From Bacillota bacterium (GTDB lineage Bacteria > Bacillota > Clostridia > Acetivibrionales > DTU013), in NCBI GenBank assembly GCA_023412665.1, contig JAEZCA010000068.1:3651-67650 (forward strand): a DNA stretch of 64,000 nt, read 5' to 3'. The position numbers were made by a program, and so were the translations under genes. Of the stretch, positions 7,177 through 17,200 are shown piece after piece. The notes under the pieces were generated by a model. The model had not been told where the DNA came from, searched no databases, and saw only the letters and a program-made list of their open reading frames with translations. The first letter of the stretch is position 1. Each line of letters begins with the position of its first letter.

Positions 7177-8766
7177 ATGAATGAAGATAATAAGAATCCA
7201 AATGATATCGAACAGCCGGGCAGGCCTATATACGGCCAACCGCAAGGGCTGATGCACAATCAGCACCAATTACCTGTCAAGCAACCATTGGTGTATAGTT
7301 CCGCAGACAAACTGCTGCTTGCAGGGGCACTCCTGTTCGGCATAATATTTGTAGGGCTCTTTTTTGACAACTATCCTGGCATTTCCGTTCCATTAATCAT
7401 AATTGTTTTTTATTCTCTGCTATTTACCTACACTAAGTCTGTACTGAAGAAGGATACCTGGTTCGGATGGTTTCTGTGTCTTCCGGTTTTTTTGCTTTCG
7501 TTGACATTCTTCCTCTTTGGAAACGAAGTGCTGATGATCCTCAATATTCTTGTGCTTCCGATGCTTATATTGCTGCAGACTATACTTGTGACAGGAGTGA
7601 ACAGCTACAAGTGGTTCAGCCCCGGAATAATACCGGATCTGTTTTTAAGTATGTTTGCCAGGTGCCTGATCCATATTCCCAAGCCATTCGGGATAATTTC
7701 ATCGATAGCCCGGACAAGGACAGGAAGCGGTGGTAAAAAGTCAGTCGGATCCAGAGTGCTTATTGGACTTATTATATCTGTACCTGTTCTGCTGGTGCTT
7801 CTCTTGCTTTTGTCATCGGCAGATATGGTTTTTGGGAAAATAGTTGAAAAGCTTCCCGACTTTCTTGAGAGTATTAATTTCAGCGAGCTTTTTTCCAGAA
7901 CTATTGTTGCATTATTTATATTTTTCATTTCCTTCAGCTATATATGGAGCCTCGGCCATGGTGAAAGATTTTTGGAAAACCGCACCGGACTGGTTTCTTC
8001 AAAAACTCCCGAGGAAAAAAGACGCTGGGACCCGGTCATATTTATTACTGTTACAGCAGCGGTCGACATACTTTATTTATTCTTTGTAGTAATACAGTTT
8101 ACTTACCTGTTTGGAAGATACGGACTACCTGAGGGTTTTACATATTCGGAGTATGCAAGAAACGGGTTCTCCGAGCTTGTGCTTGTATCGCTGCTTAATA
8201 TGGGGATGCTGGCAATCACGCTGACCTATACAAAAATTATGAATGGTTTCGGCGACAGAATATTCAGGCTTTTAAACTCGATAATGATCTGCTGCACCTT
8301 TGTCATGTTGTGCTCAGCCTATTACAGGATGTCGCTTTATGAGGCAGCATATGGGTTTACTTTTCTTCGCATCATGACCCAAGCCTTCATGATCTTTCTA
8401 TTCGTTTTATTCGTCATTACCATGGTAAGGGTTTGGAATGACCGTGTTCCACTGCTCAAACCCTATATCGCTGCTGCAGTGATCGCTTTTACGATCATTA
8501 ACTATATCAATGTAGATGCGGTGATAGCGCAGAAAAACATTGAAAGGTATCGTAAGACGGGGATAATTGATGTTCACTATTTCAACAGCCTTTCCAGCTC
8601 TGCTATCGATGAACTCATAGAGCTCTCCAACGACAGCGACCCGGAGGTTGCATCGGAGGCGGAGAAGATACTGGAGTCTAAAAAAATGTGGTTGTTGAGT
8701 AAAACGAAATGGCAATCATTTAATCTGGCTGATCACTATGCCAGAAAGGAAATGTCCAAGCAATGA
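7177..8766 (+). CDS. Large polytopic membrane protein (DUF4153/DUF4173-like)
   Basis: ORF 7159..8766. ATG 7177 lies 7 nt after AGGAGGG. More than 10 hydrophobic segments and a soluble C-terminal tail. The family assignment is tentative. Confidence 0.55.
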   Translation: MNEDNKNPNDIEQPGRPIYGQPQGLMHNQHQLPVKQPLVYSSADKLLLAGALLFGIIFVGLFFDNYPGISVPLIIIVFYSLLFTYTKSVLKKDTWFGWFLCLPVFLLSLTFFLFGNEVLMILNILVLPMLILLQTILVTGVNSYKWFSPGIIPDLFLSMFARCLIHIPKPFGIISSIARTRTGSGGKKSVGSRVLIGLIISVPVLLVLLLLLSSADMVFGKIVEKLPDFLESINFSELFSRTIVALFIFFISFSYIWSLGHGERFLENRTGLVSSKTPEEKRRWDPVIFITVTAAVDILYLFFVVIQFTYLFGRYGLPEGFTYSEYARNGFSELVLVSLLNMGMLAITLTYTKIMNGFGDRIFRLLNSIMICCTFVMLCSAYYRMSLYEAAYGFTFLRIMTQAFMIFLFVLFVITMVRVWNDRVPLLKPYIAAAVIAFTIINYINVDAVIAQKNIERYRKTGIIDVHYFNSLSSSAIDELIELSNDSDPEVASEAEKILESKKMWLLSKTKWQSFNLADHYARKEMSKQ

Positions 8767-8802
8767 TGTTATCATCCGGTTTTCCGGACTATAGCATTGT
8801 AC

Positions 8803-9294
8803 TCAGCTTATACCTGAGATCTTATTGAGCAATGTGAACAGAACAACAGCGGTATTTGATATACTGGCAAGGAATATTTGCGGCTTGTGCTTGTTCCTGT
8901 CGAAAATACCGCTGTTTTTTCCTATTTTCTTCTGAATGAAATAAAGCTGAAGCAATATGGAAAGTGCTGTAACGCCCTTGAGCAGAATGCTTTCGAGATA
9001 AAATGCGCAGTAACATAAAAATAGTATAATTATTAGATTGCATACGACGCTCAAGCCGGCCCCGAACATTTTCAGGTCTATATCCACCAGCTCTTCCAGT
9101 TCCTCCTCCAGCTCCTCGTCGACTTCCTTTTCCTCAAAACCGTTCCCTTTAGCAATATTATATATATTGGCAAATGATATTACTGTCAGTATCGTTGCGA
9201 TCACACCGAAAAAAATCTGATGATTCGCTGAGATAGTAATAACAGGGAATGCAAGTATTACTAAAAAAATTAATGTGCTGCCTCTGGATTGCAT
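8803..9294 (-). CDS. Membrane protein with acidic loop (unknown function)
   Basis: GGGAGA Shine-Dalgarno 8 nt upstream. Four hydrophobic segments. Loop EEKEVDEELEEELEELVD. Confidence 0.5.
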   Translation of the reverse strand: MQSRGSTLIFLVILAFPVITISANHQIFFGVIATILTVISFANIYNIAKGNGFEEKEVDEELEEELEELVDIDLKMFGAGLSVVCNLIIILFLCYCAFYLESILLKGVTALSILLQLYFIQKKIGKNSGIFDRNKHKPQIFLASISNTAVVLFTLLNKISGIS

Positions 9295-9505
9295 TATTTT
9301 ATTCTCCCGGGTTCCGACTGATCGTATTTGCTCGGATTTTTTCTTTTCAGATTATTATACTATAAAAAATATTATTCAGCACATAAAGTTTATACACTTA
9401 AAGTTTATGTTGTCTTTATTCTGTTGCAGAATAATAATTCTGTAAAATTGTTATGCTAACTATGATGATTTTTATTATGAATAAGTGCCAAAAGGAGGAT
9501 ACCGA

Positions 9506-10153
9506 ATGTCGAAGACAGTAGTAGGCCTTTTTGATACCCAGGACCACGCTGAGGCCGCAGCTCGACGGATCAAGGACCAGGGACTCCGCACCAGCGATAT
9601 ATCGATCGTAGCCAAGAGCGGAGATACCGGTGATCCGTATGATAGAGGCTCAACAGGCGGCGGCGTTGATAATGCCGGCAAATTTGACGATAATGAATTT
9701 AGCGGAGCAGCCTCGGTAATGGGAGACAGGATAGGAGGTAATGCAGCAGGCGGAAGAACCGGTCCGAATGCATCGATAGTCACCAGGCCGGATACCAGTG
9801 CTGAAATGGGCAGACGCGAAGGTGTAAATGACAATATTTCCGACGGAGTCATATCAGGCGGTTTACTGGGTGGTATAGCAGGCTTGCTGATAGGCGCAGG
9901 CAGTATGATTATTCCCGGACTGGGCATTATTGCAGCGGCAGGGCCGATAACCGGGCTGCTTTCAGGAGCGGTGACCGGAGGTATAGTAGGCGGTCTGATC
10001 GATCTGGGTATTCCCGAGAGGGAGAGCAAGCAGTATGAGAGCGGTATAAAGCAGGGCAAGGTGCTGTTCAGTATGAAGACGGACGATGACAAGGTGGATC
10101 ATGTAACTGCTCTGCTAAGAAACAGCGGCGCCAGAAGCGTTAATGTTTACTAG
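9506..10153 (+). CDS. YflT/general-stress-protein-17M-like protein with glycine-zipper membrane segment
   Basis: ATG 9506 follows AAAGGAGG. MSKTVVGLFDTQDHAEAAARRIKDQGLRTSDISIVAK resembles the B. subtilis YflT N-terminus. GGLLGGIAGLLIGAGSMIIPGLGIIAAAG is a glycine zipper. Confidence 0.65.
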   Translation: MSKTVVGLFDTQDHAEAAARRIKDQGLRTSDISIVAKSGDTGDPYDRGSTGGGVDNAGKFDDNEFSGAASVMGDRIGGNAAGGRTGPNASIVTRPDTSAEMGRREGVNDNISDGVISGGLLGGIAGLLIGAGSMIIPGLGIIAAAGPITGLLSGAVTGGIVGGLIDLGIPERESKQYESGIKQGKVLFSMKTDDDKVDHVTALLRNSGARSVNVY

Positions 10154-10209
10154 ATGCATTGAGCATCAGGCTGGTATGCCTAAGCAGTAGAATGTTGTAT
10201 AAAATATAA

Positions 10210-10239
10210 GGGTATGGGAATTTGCTCCCATACCCTTTG
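10210..10239 (+). terminator. Rho-independent terminator
   Basis: GGGTATGGGA ... TCCCATACCC followed by TTTG. Confidence 0.55.
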
Positions 10240-10243
10240 TGCT

Positions 10244-10440
10244 TTATAACGAGGCGAATAATGGGCCCCCCGCCCCACCTCTTTACGTATTTTCAGCCCT
10301 CGGGCTGAAAAACGCTTGGTGGAGGGTACTGATTTGCCTCTCAGGCGGTGAGCATATCTCTCGCCTCATTGAAACACTGCTGAGGTAAGAAAATTTTTCT
10401 ACAAACGAAAAATTTTCTTTGAACCGAAGTGTTATAACGC
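10244..10440 (+). repeat. Modular palindromic intergenic repeat, copy A (long form)
   Basis: TATAACGAGGCG ... TCGCCTC arms. Nested hairpins TTTTCAGCCC-TC-GGGCTGAAAA and AAGAAAATTTTTC-N7-GAAAAATTTTCTT. Ends GTGTTATAACG. Related copies at 18916, 20775 (inverted), 34693 and 45079. Confidence 0.75.
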
Positions 10441-10445
10441 ATCAT

Positions 10446-12275
10446 TCACGACATATCGGGTGCTTCCGGCTCTGCAGGCAGATCGGGTACTTCCGGTACC
10501 TCCGGTACAACCGGTGTCTCAGGTGGGGCAGGAGTAGTTTGTTCAGGCTGCGGATCATTTGTGTCCGGAGCAGCCGGAGTGTCTGTTGTGGCAGGGGTAC
10601 CAGGTATTGTTGGTGTTGCCGGTACAGCCGGTGTGTTTTTCTTTCTCATTTCCTCGGCAAGACCCGGTGTAGTTGTACCGTCAGGATTAAGTATCCCCAC
10701 CAGTATTTCTTCGGTGCAGGGCCTGTAACGACTTGTGTGGATTTTTGTCTGCGATACTACGGTATTGCCGGATTTTACTGTTTTATATGTCTCGACTACG
10801 AAGCCGTCAGTGCCGTACTGGTATTTTTTTGTAGTTCCTACAGGCAGCTTGGGATCATCGACATATTTTATATCATGGGGAGTCTGGCTCAAAACCTTGT
10901 TGCTTATATGGACCGTCTTGTCAGGCGTGGTATTGGTGCCTTTAAAAACAACGTGCACTTTGTTTTTATCAAGCCAGGCGTCGATTTTCAGAGGCCACTG
11001 TGTAGAATTAATGAAGCGGAAGTCCGTACCGCCGTAATAAGCGGTAGCATCCTGACCTAAAGGAACATATGTGACTATAAAGGAGTGGTTCTTCCTCTCG
11101 TTTACCTTCATGTCGGATTGAAGAACGGCATTGTAGAGTGTGCTGACCGCCTGACAAATACCGCCGCCGATGCCGTCCTCGACCCTGCCGTTGATATATA
11201 CATGCGCTTCCTTGTAGCCTGTTTTTTCATTTCTAGAGCCGACTATATCGTTGAATGAAAACTCCTCACCCGGAAGCAGTATGGTGCCGTTAAACTTGCC
11301 TACAGCCAGACCGATATTATGCGCTCTGTTTTTTTCATTCTGGGTAACCGTTTCAAACTTGGTGCTCACATTGGCCAGTTCATCCCTGAACAGCATTGAC
11401 ACAGCTTCTTCAGTGGTAACTGCCGGTTTTTCCAGCGTTGCCGGAAGCTCACGGTCGGTATCCTCGGTTGTGTTATGTTCTTTTATTATCTGTTCAAGAG
11501 TGGTCCTGTCTATTTTTCTTCCGACTATGTGCGGCACGACCTTCAGTGTGTCGTTCTCCATCTTGAAGTATGCATCCGCCGGATCGGAGTTGAGCTGGGT
11601 AAAAATTTCATCAGCATCAAACGGCGTCGGGTTTGTCACTATTACTTCAGGCTCGACCGGGCCGCCTTTATTACTTTTTATCATACCCATTACAAGCGCT
11701 TTTACATCTTCCTTGCTTACACTTTCTCCATGTCTGCCGGATCTGATGACAACGCGCTCATCGGTGATAAGGAGAGCGCCTTCCTTGACTTCTTTATATG
11801 CTTCCTCGCAAAATCTATTTACAAAGTCGTCGATTTTTTCCTCATCGTAGCTTTGAGGCATATTGATCACTGTTCCGCTGATACCTGCATGTGCGATATC
11901 ATATAATCTTTTGAACACATTGCCGGTACGACCAACCGAATATGCAGCTTCAACGGCTGCGTCAGTGTCGTAATCCACCCCGAGTTCCGGGTAGGTTGAA
12001 TTCACCTTCGCAGATGGGGTTTTAAGCGTTATTTTGAGTTCCAATGCGGGCACGGTATACTTTGCTTCCAGATATTGAAGCATATCATGCCTGCCCATAC
12101 CTGAAACATCAAGTCTTCCGACATATACACCCTTATAGGCCGCAGTGCTTTGCAGCAGTATATAAGAGAAAATGGATGCAGATATAAGCATTACGGCTGT
12201 AAATATAAGCAATGCTATGATAATTGTTCTTTTCCTGCTTCGCTTGGGAATACTGGGCTGTACCACAGGCTCCAT
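10446..12275 (-). CDS. VanW-family protein with G5 domain and Pro/Thr-rich C-terminal tail
   Basis: N-terminal TM anchor. Contains GRVEDGIGGGICQAVSTLYNAVL, read here as a VanW-type core (by-eye recall of the family signature). G5-like segment HDIKYVDDPKLPVGTTKKYQYGTDGFVVETY. PTPT/PE-rich tail. Confidence 0.85.
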   Translation of the reverse strand: MEPVVQPSIPKRSRKRTIIIALLIFTAVMLISASIFSYILLQSTAAYKGVYVGRLDVSGMGRHDMLQYLEAKYTVPALELKITLKTPSAKVNSTYPELGVDYDTDAAVEAAYSVGRTGNVFKRLYDIAHAGISGTVINMPQSYDEEKIDDFVNRFCEEAYKEVKEGALLITDERVVIRSGRHGESVSKEDVKALVMGMIKSNKGGPVEPEVIVTNPTPFDADEIFTQLNSDPADAYFKMENDTLKVVPHIVGRKIDRTTLEQIIKEHNTTEDTDRELPATLEKPAVTTEEAVSMLFRDELANVSTKFETVTQNEKNRAHNIGLAVGKFNGTILLPGEEFSFNDIVGSRNEKTGYKEAHVYINGRVEDGIGGGICQAVSTLYNAVLQSDMKVNERKNHSFIVTYVPLGQDATAYYGGTDFRFINSTQWPLKIDAWLDKNKVHVVFKGTNTTPDKTVHISNKVLSQTPHDIKYVDDPKLPVGTTKKYQYGTDGFVVETYKTVKSGNTVVSQTKIHTSRYRPCTEEILVGILNPDGTTTPGLAEEMRKKNTPAVPATPTIPGTPATTDTPAAPDTNDPQPEQTTPAPPETPVVPEVPEVPDLPAEPEAPDMS

Positions 12276-12507
12276 TAATTTAACACCCCGGGATAATTAA
12301 TTTTACTGACGTCTATAAATATTAGACGGTTTAATTATCGCAATTGTTTCCCTAAAACACAATATAAAAACAAAAAAATATATTAAATTTTGATTACTGT
12401 AATTTCAAATTATCAATACAATAGTGGAAATGAGCACTAAAATGTATTAATATTAAGGAAAAGAAGCATCGCCCGCATCTGGCAGCTATTTGAAGGGGTC
12501 ATATCTG

Positions 12508-13098
12508 ATGAATGTATTTAATGAGGCGGAGTTTAACAATATATGCAGAAAGCTTGGCAGTGACGGAACAGTAAGGGATGTGACCGTGCGCTATACTGCT
12601 CCGGGCTACTTCAACAGAATAAGGAATGTAGTGCAGCGGGACAGAAGAGGCGAGGTAGTTTTTTGCGTCATCCGGCCTGATGGCAGTATTATAACCGTCA
12701 CCTGCAGTGAATATCCTGAAAATATATACAGGATACCGACAGGGGGCATAGGCCACGAGGAAAACATAATTGATGCCATATTCCGGGAAGTCAAGGAGGA
12801 ACTCGGTCTGGAGGTCAGGATAAGATCCTTTGCGGGTGTATTAAGGATACGGTTTGAATACAATGATGATTTTGTGATGTTTTATTCGTACATTTTTATC
12901 CTTGACGAGATTGGCGGCAGGCTTCTGGAGGATGCAAGCGATGATGAGATAAGCAGCATCAGGGAGGTTGACCTGTCAGGGCTTGAGATTATCGCGGCGG
13001 ATCTGGATTCCATAAAGGGGAAATGGCATGATTGGGGCAAGTTCAGATACATAACCACCAGTGCAGTTTTGAGATATTTGAAGCACCTGCGTATATAA
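12508..13098 (+). CDS. NUDIX hydrolase
   Basis: ATG 12508 with GAAGGGG upstream. Nudix box GGIGHEENIIDAIFREVKEELGL. Confidence 0.8.
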   Translation: MNVFNEAEFNNICRKLGSDGTVRDVTVRYTAPGYFNRIRNVVQRDRRGEVVFCVIRPDGSIITVTCSEYPENIYRIPTGGIGHEENIIDAIFREVKEELGLEVRIRSFAGVLRIRFEYNDDFVMFYSYIFILDEIGGRLLEDASDDEISSIREVDLSGLEIIAADLDSIKGKWHDWGKFRYITTSAVLRYLKHLRI

Positions 13099-13158
13099 GC
13101 ACACATTTGCGCCTATAATTATAGTATACAAGTAATATACTGTAAGAGGGTGTAAATA

Positions 13159-13461
13159 ATGGATACAGAATTATTAAATAATGGGCATACGAATGTAAGC
13201 TCTAAAACCAAAGCAAATAAAGTTAAGAGTTCTTTTTTTGCCAGGACAAAGCCCAACAGCGGACTGACTGCCGAAGAGCAGCAAATAATCGAGGCGGCAC
13301 TGGCGGCCAGAAGTGAATGGGCGGAGGCAAATATCGATTTCAACTATGTACAGGACGATCTGCTCGTAGATTATCATATCTACAGGCTTAAGGCCTGTGA
13401 AGCAAGATATACTTACTTTTTAAAGCTGGCCAAGGAAAAAGGGCTGACCCAAAGCCTGTAA
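13159..13461 (+). CDS. yaaL: YaaL-like (DUF2508) protein
   Basis: The C-terminal pattern W..A......D..L.DY.IY.LKA.EARY.YFLKLAKEKGL matches B. subtilis YaaL. Sits upstream of bofA as in Bacillus. Confidence 0.6.
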   Translation: MDTELLNNGHTNVSSKTKANKVKSSFFARTKPNSGLTAEEQQIIEAALAARSEWAEANIDFNYVQDDLLVDYHIYRLKACEARYTYFLKLAKEKGLTQSL

Positions 13462-13639
13462 ATCTGTTGTCATAATTACCTCAATGTACAAGTATAATAA
13501 AACGAGGCCGCTGGTACGCTCAAGTTACCCGCTGTCTGTATTGTTACCGCCCTATTGCTGCGTGAAAGAAATACGAAGGCAGACCTGATGGTGTCGTTCT
13601 GGTGTGTGTTGTCAGATATGCCGGGTCTGGTGTGATGAT

Positions 13640-13906
13640 ATGGTTGATGTTGGAGTTATTCTGGCATATGCCGCAGGCATAATACTGTTGTTTGTTTTTG
13701 GCAGACTGTTTCTTGCTCCGATTAAGGTCGTTCTGAAGCTGGCACTCAATTCGCTGTTCGGGGCAGCAGCTATCCTGCTTGCCAATTGGGCAGGCAGTAT
13801 CTTCGGTTTTCATATGGCGCTGAACATATATACGGCATTTATTGTCGGGACATTGGGTGTACCGGGGTTCGTACTCCTTGCCGTTCTCAAGCTGATCTTT
13901 AAATGA
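13640..13906 (+). CDS. bofA: Pro-sigmaK processing inhibitor BofA
   Basis: ORF 13604..13906; likely start at MVDVGVIL. Two-TM protein of about 88 aa. ...FIVGTLGVPGFVLLAVLKLIF resembles the BofA C-terminus. Confidence 0.75.
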   Translation: MVDVGVILAYAAGIILLFVFGRLFLAPIKVVLKLALNSLFGAAAILLANWAGSIFGFHMALNIYTAFIVGTLGVPGFVLLAVLKLIFK

Positions 13907-14236
13907 ATAGTGACACTCCTTTGCAAGAAGTACTCTTGTTCCCATTATTTTTAACTTCGTTATATAATCTAGCACTTCACAAAATCTAATAACAATGTTA
14001 GAATAATATCAGGCATTTGGATTAAAATTGTATACAATATACATTTTAACCCGTATTATAAACTGATAAAACCCCTGATTATCTTAAACTGTGAGTTTTT
14101 ATAGGTTGATCAGTACATATAACGAGGCAATGGCCGGGAATTTTTGTGCAAACAAAATTTTCTTCTGAATCAATGCATTATAAGAAGTCTGCAGTAATCA
14201 GAGAACTCAAAGGGGAAAAATAAAGGGGAGATTAGA

Positions 14237-17200
14237 ATGGGAAAAAACATGAAAACAATGGACGGAAATACCGCTGCTTCTCACATTGCATATGCGTTTA
14301 CCGATGTAGCAGGTATTTACCCTATTACTCCGTCATCCGTTATGGCAGAACGTGTGGATGAATGGTCCGCCAACGGAAAGAAAAATATTTTCGGCCAGGA
14401 AGTCAGGGTCGTAGAAATGCAGTCGGAAGCAGGCGCTGCAGGAACTGTACACGGATCTCTTACAGCGGGAGCACTGACCACCACTTTTACAGCATCCCAG
14501 GGTCTGCTGCTCATGATACCGAATCTTTACAAAATAGCAGGAGAACTGCTGCCGGGCGTATTCCATGTGAGCGCCAGGGCATTGGCCAGCCATGCGCTGT
14601 CCATTTTTGGCGACCATTCGGACGTTATGGCATGCCGCCAGACAGGCGCCGCATTGCTTGCAGAAGGCAGCGTACAGGAGGTTATGGACCTGGCAGCTGT
14701 TGCTCATCTGAGCGCAATTAAGGGCAGGGTTCCCTTCATCAATTTCTTTGATGGCTTCAGAACCTCTCATGAGCTGCAAAAGATAGAAGCAATTGAATAT
14801 GAGGATCTGGCAAAGCTCCTTGATTACGATGCGGTGAAGAAGTTCAGGAAGAGCGCCCTTAATCCCGAACGTCCGGCAGTAAGAGGAACCGCTCAGAATC
14901 CCGATATATTCTTCCAGGCCCGCGAGGCATCCAATAGCTATTATGACGCGCTGCCGGCCATCGTTGAAGATTACATGAACAAAATAAGTGAGCTCACCGG
15001 CAGGAAATACGGACTCTTCAACTATTACGGAGCTCCTGACGCAGACAGGATAATAATTGCAATGGGATCTGTCACCGAGACCATAGACGAGACCATCGAT
15101 TACCTGATGGCTGCCGGAGAAAAAGTCGGTGTCGTAAAGGTCCACCTTTACAGACCGTTCTCAGTTAAACATCTGCTGAAAGTCATTCCGGATACAGTCA
15201 AAAAGATAGCTGTTCTCGACAGGACAAAGGAACCCGGTGCGCTGGGAGAGCCTTTGTACCAGGACGTATGCACAGCTCTTCTGGAAAGCGGAAAACTGTG
15301 TACTATCGTTGCAGGCCGTTACGGACTTGGTTCAAAGGATACTACTCCTGCCCAGATCGTAGCTGTATACAAGAACCTCAACTCAGAAACTCCGAAGAAT
15401 CACTTTACAATAGGTATAGTCGACGATGTGACAAATCTCTCACTTCCAATGGGCGAAGAGCTGGACACTGCTGCTGAAGGAACTGTAAGCTGCAAATTCT
15501 GGGGCCTTGGTTCAGATGGTACGGTCGGTGCGAACAAAAACTCCATTAAGATCATCGGCGACCATACAGATATGTATGCACAGGCATATTTTTCATACGA
15601 CTCCAAGAAATCCGGCGGTGTAACGATCTCCCATCTGAGATTCGGAAAGAAGCCGATCCGCTCGACCTACCTCATCAACAAAGCAGATTTCGTGGCTTGC
15701 CACAATCCTTCCTATATCGGTAAATATGACATGGTCAGCGATCTCAAGGACAATGGCACCTTCCTGCTCAACTGCAACTGGACTCCTGAGGAACTGGACG
15801 AGAAGCTGCCTGCAGACATGAAGCGCTTCATAGCAAAGCACAATATCAAGCTTTACATTATTGACGGTGTTTCGATAGGCAAGGAGATCGGACTTGGAAA
15901 CAGGATCAACATGATAATGCAGTCAGCCTTCTTCAAGCTGGCCAATATCATTCCTCTGGAGGATGCCGTTAAATATATGAAGGACGCAATTCTCAAAACT
16001 TACGGCAAGAAGGGCGAGAAGATCGTCAATATGAATTATCTTGCAGTAGATAAGGGAATAGGAGCTCTTCAGAAGATAGAGATACCGGCAAACTGGGGCA
16101 GTGCAGTCGATGAAGCTGCAGCCTCAAAGGATGTGCCTGAATTCATCAGCAAGATTCTTGATCCAATGAACAGGCAGATGGGCGACAAGCTTCCTGTCAG
16201 CGCATTTACAGGCATGGAAGACGGTACATTCCCCAATGGTACCTCCAGATATGAGAAGAGAGGAATCGCAGTTGATGTTCCTGAGTGGCAGATAGAGAAC
16301 TGTATACAGTGTAACCAGTGCGCATATGTTTGCCCTCATGCAGCTATCAGGCCGTTCCTTCTGGATGAAAACGAAATCAAGAACGCTCCTGAAGGGTTTG
16401 AGTCTAAGAAGGCTATCGGAAAAGGCCTTGAGGGTCTGAACTTCAGGATCCAGGTATCAGTACTTGACTGTGCAGGCTGCGGAAGCTGTGCAAATGTCTG
16501 TCCTTCAAAGGAAAAGTCACTGATCATGAAGCCTATAGAAACTCAGTACGAGCAGGCGAAGAACTTTGAATATGCTGCGACAATAGAGCCCAAGAATCCT
16601 ATCGGAGTTGCCACTGTAAAGGGCAGCCAGTTCCAGGAACCGCTGCTTGAGTTCTCCGGCGCATGCGCAGGCTGCGGCGAGACTCCTTATGCAAAGCTTA
16701 TGACCCAGCTGTTTGGAGACAGAATGATGATTGCAAATGCAACAGGCTGTTCTTCTATTTGGGGAGGAAGCGCTCCGTCAATGCCATATTGCGCAAACAA
16801 GAAGGGCTGCGGACCGTCATGGGCAAACTCATTGTTTGAAGACAATGCTGAATTCGGATATGGTATGTATCTGGCAGTAAAGCAGATTAGAAGCAAGATT
16901 GCCGACAACTGCAATAAGCTCTTGGAAAAAGCGCTGCCTGAAGATGTAAAGGCTGCTGTTGGAAGCTGGCTTGAAAACATGGATGACGGTGATGGCTCCA
17001 AGCAGGCATCCGCTGATTTGAAAGCAGCTTTGGAAGGCTTTAGTGCAAAAGCAGATGCTGATACAAAGGTATTGATAGATGACATACTGGAAAACAGCGA
17101 ATTCCTTATAAAGAAATCCCAGTGGATCCTCGGCGGTGACGGTTGGGCATATGATATAGGCTTCGGCGGTCTGGATCATGTTCTGGCATCCAATGAAGAT

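Noticed and set aside
9475-10092. 205-aa minus-strand ORF opposite the YflT-like gene
   Set aside because: It is a Pro/Ser-rich mirror translation of a Gly-rich gene. The plus-strand ORF has AAAGGAGG plus ATG and a recognisable YflT N-terminus.
10419-11906. Plus-strand ORFs (10419..11060, 10735..11037, 11251..11850, 11475..11906) overlapping the VanW gene
   Set aside because: They are antisense to a 609-aa ORF with clear VanW/G5 motifs. Their products are Cys/Arg- or Ser-rich low-complexity sequences with no Shine-Dalgarno. They are shadow ORFs.
14333-15145. 270-aa antisense ORF inside nifJ, and similar ones at 24302..25036 (ispE), 31909..32646 (SbcC-like), 13544..13975 (bofA) and 19002..19364 (fhs)
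   Set aside because: Each overlaps a confidently identified gene on the other strand and has no recognisable domain or ribosome-binding site.
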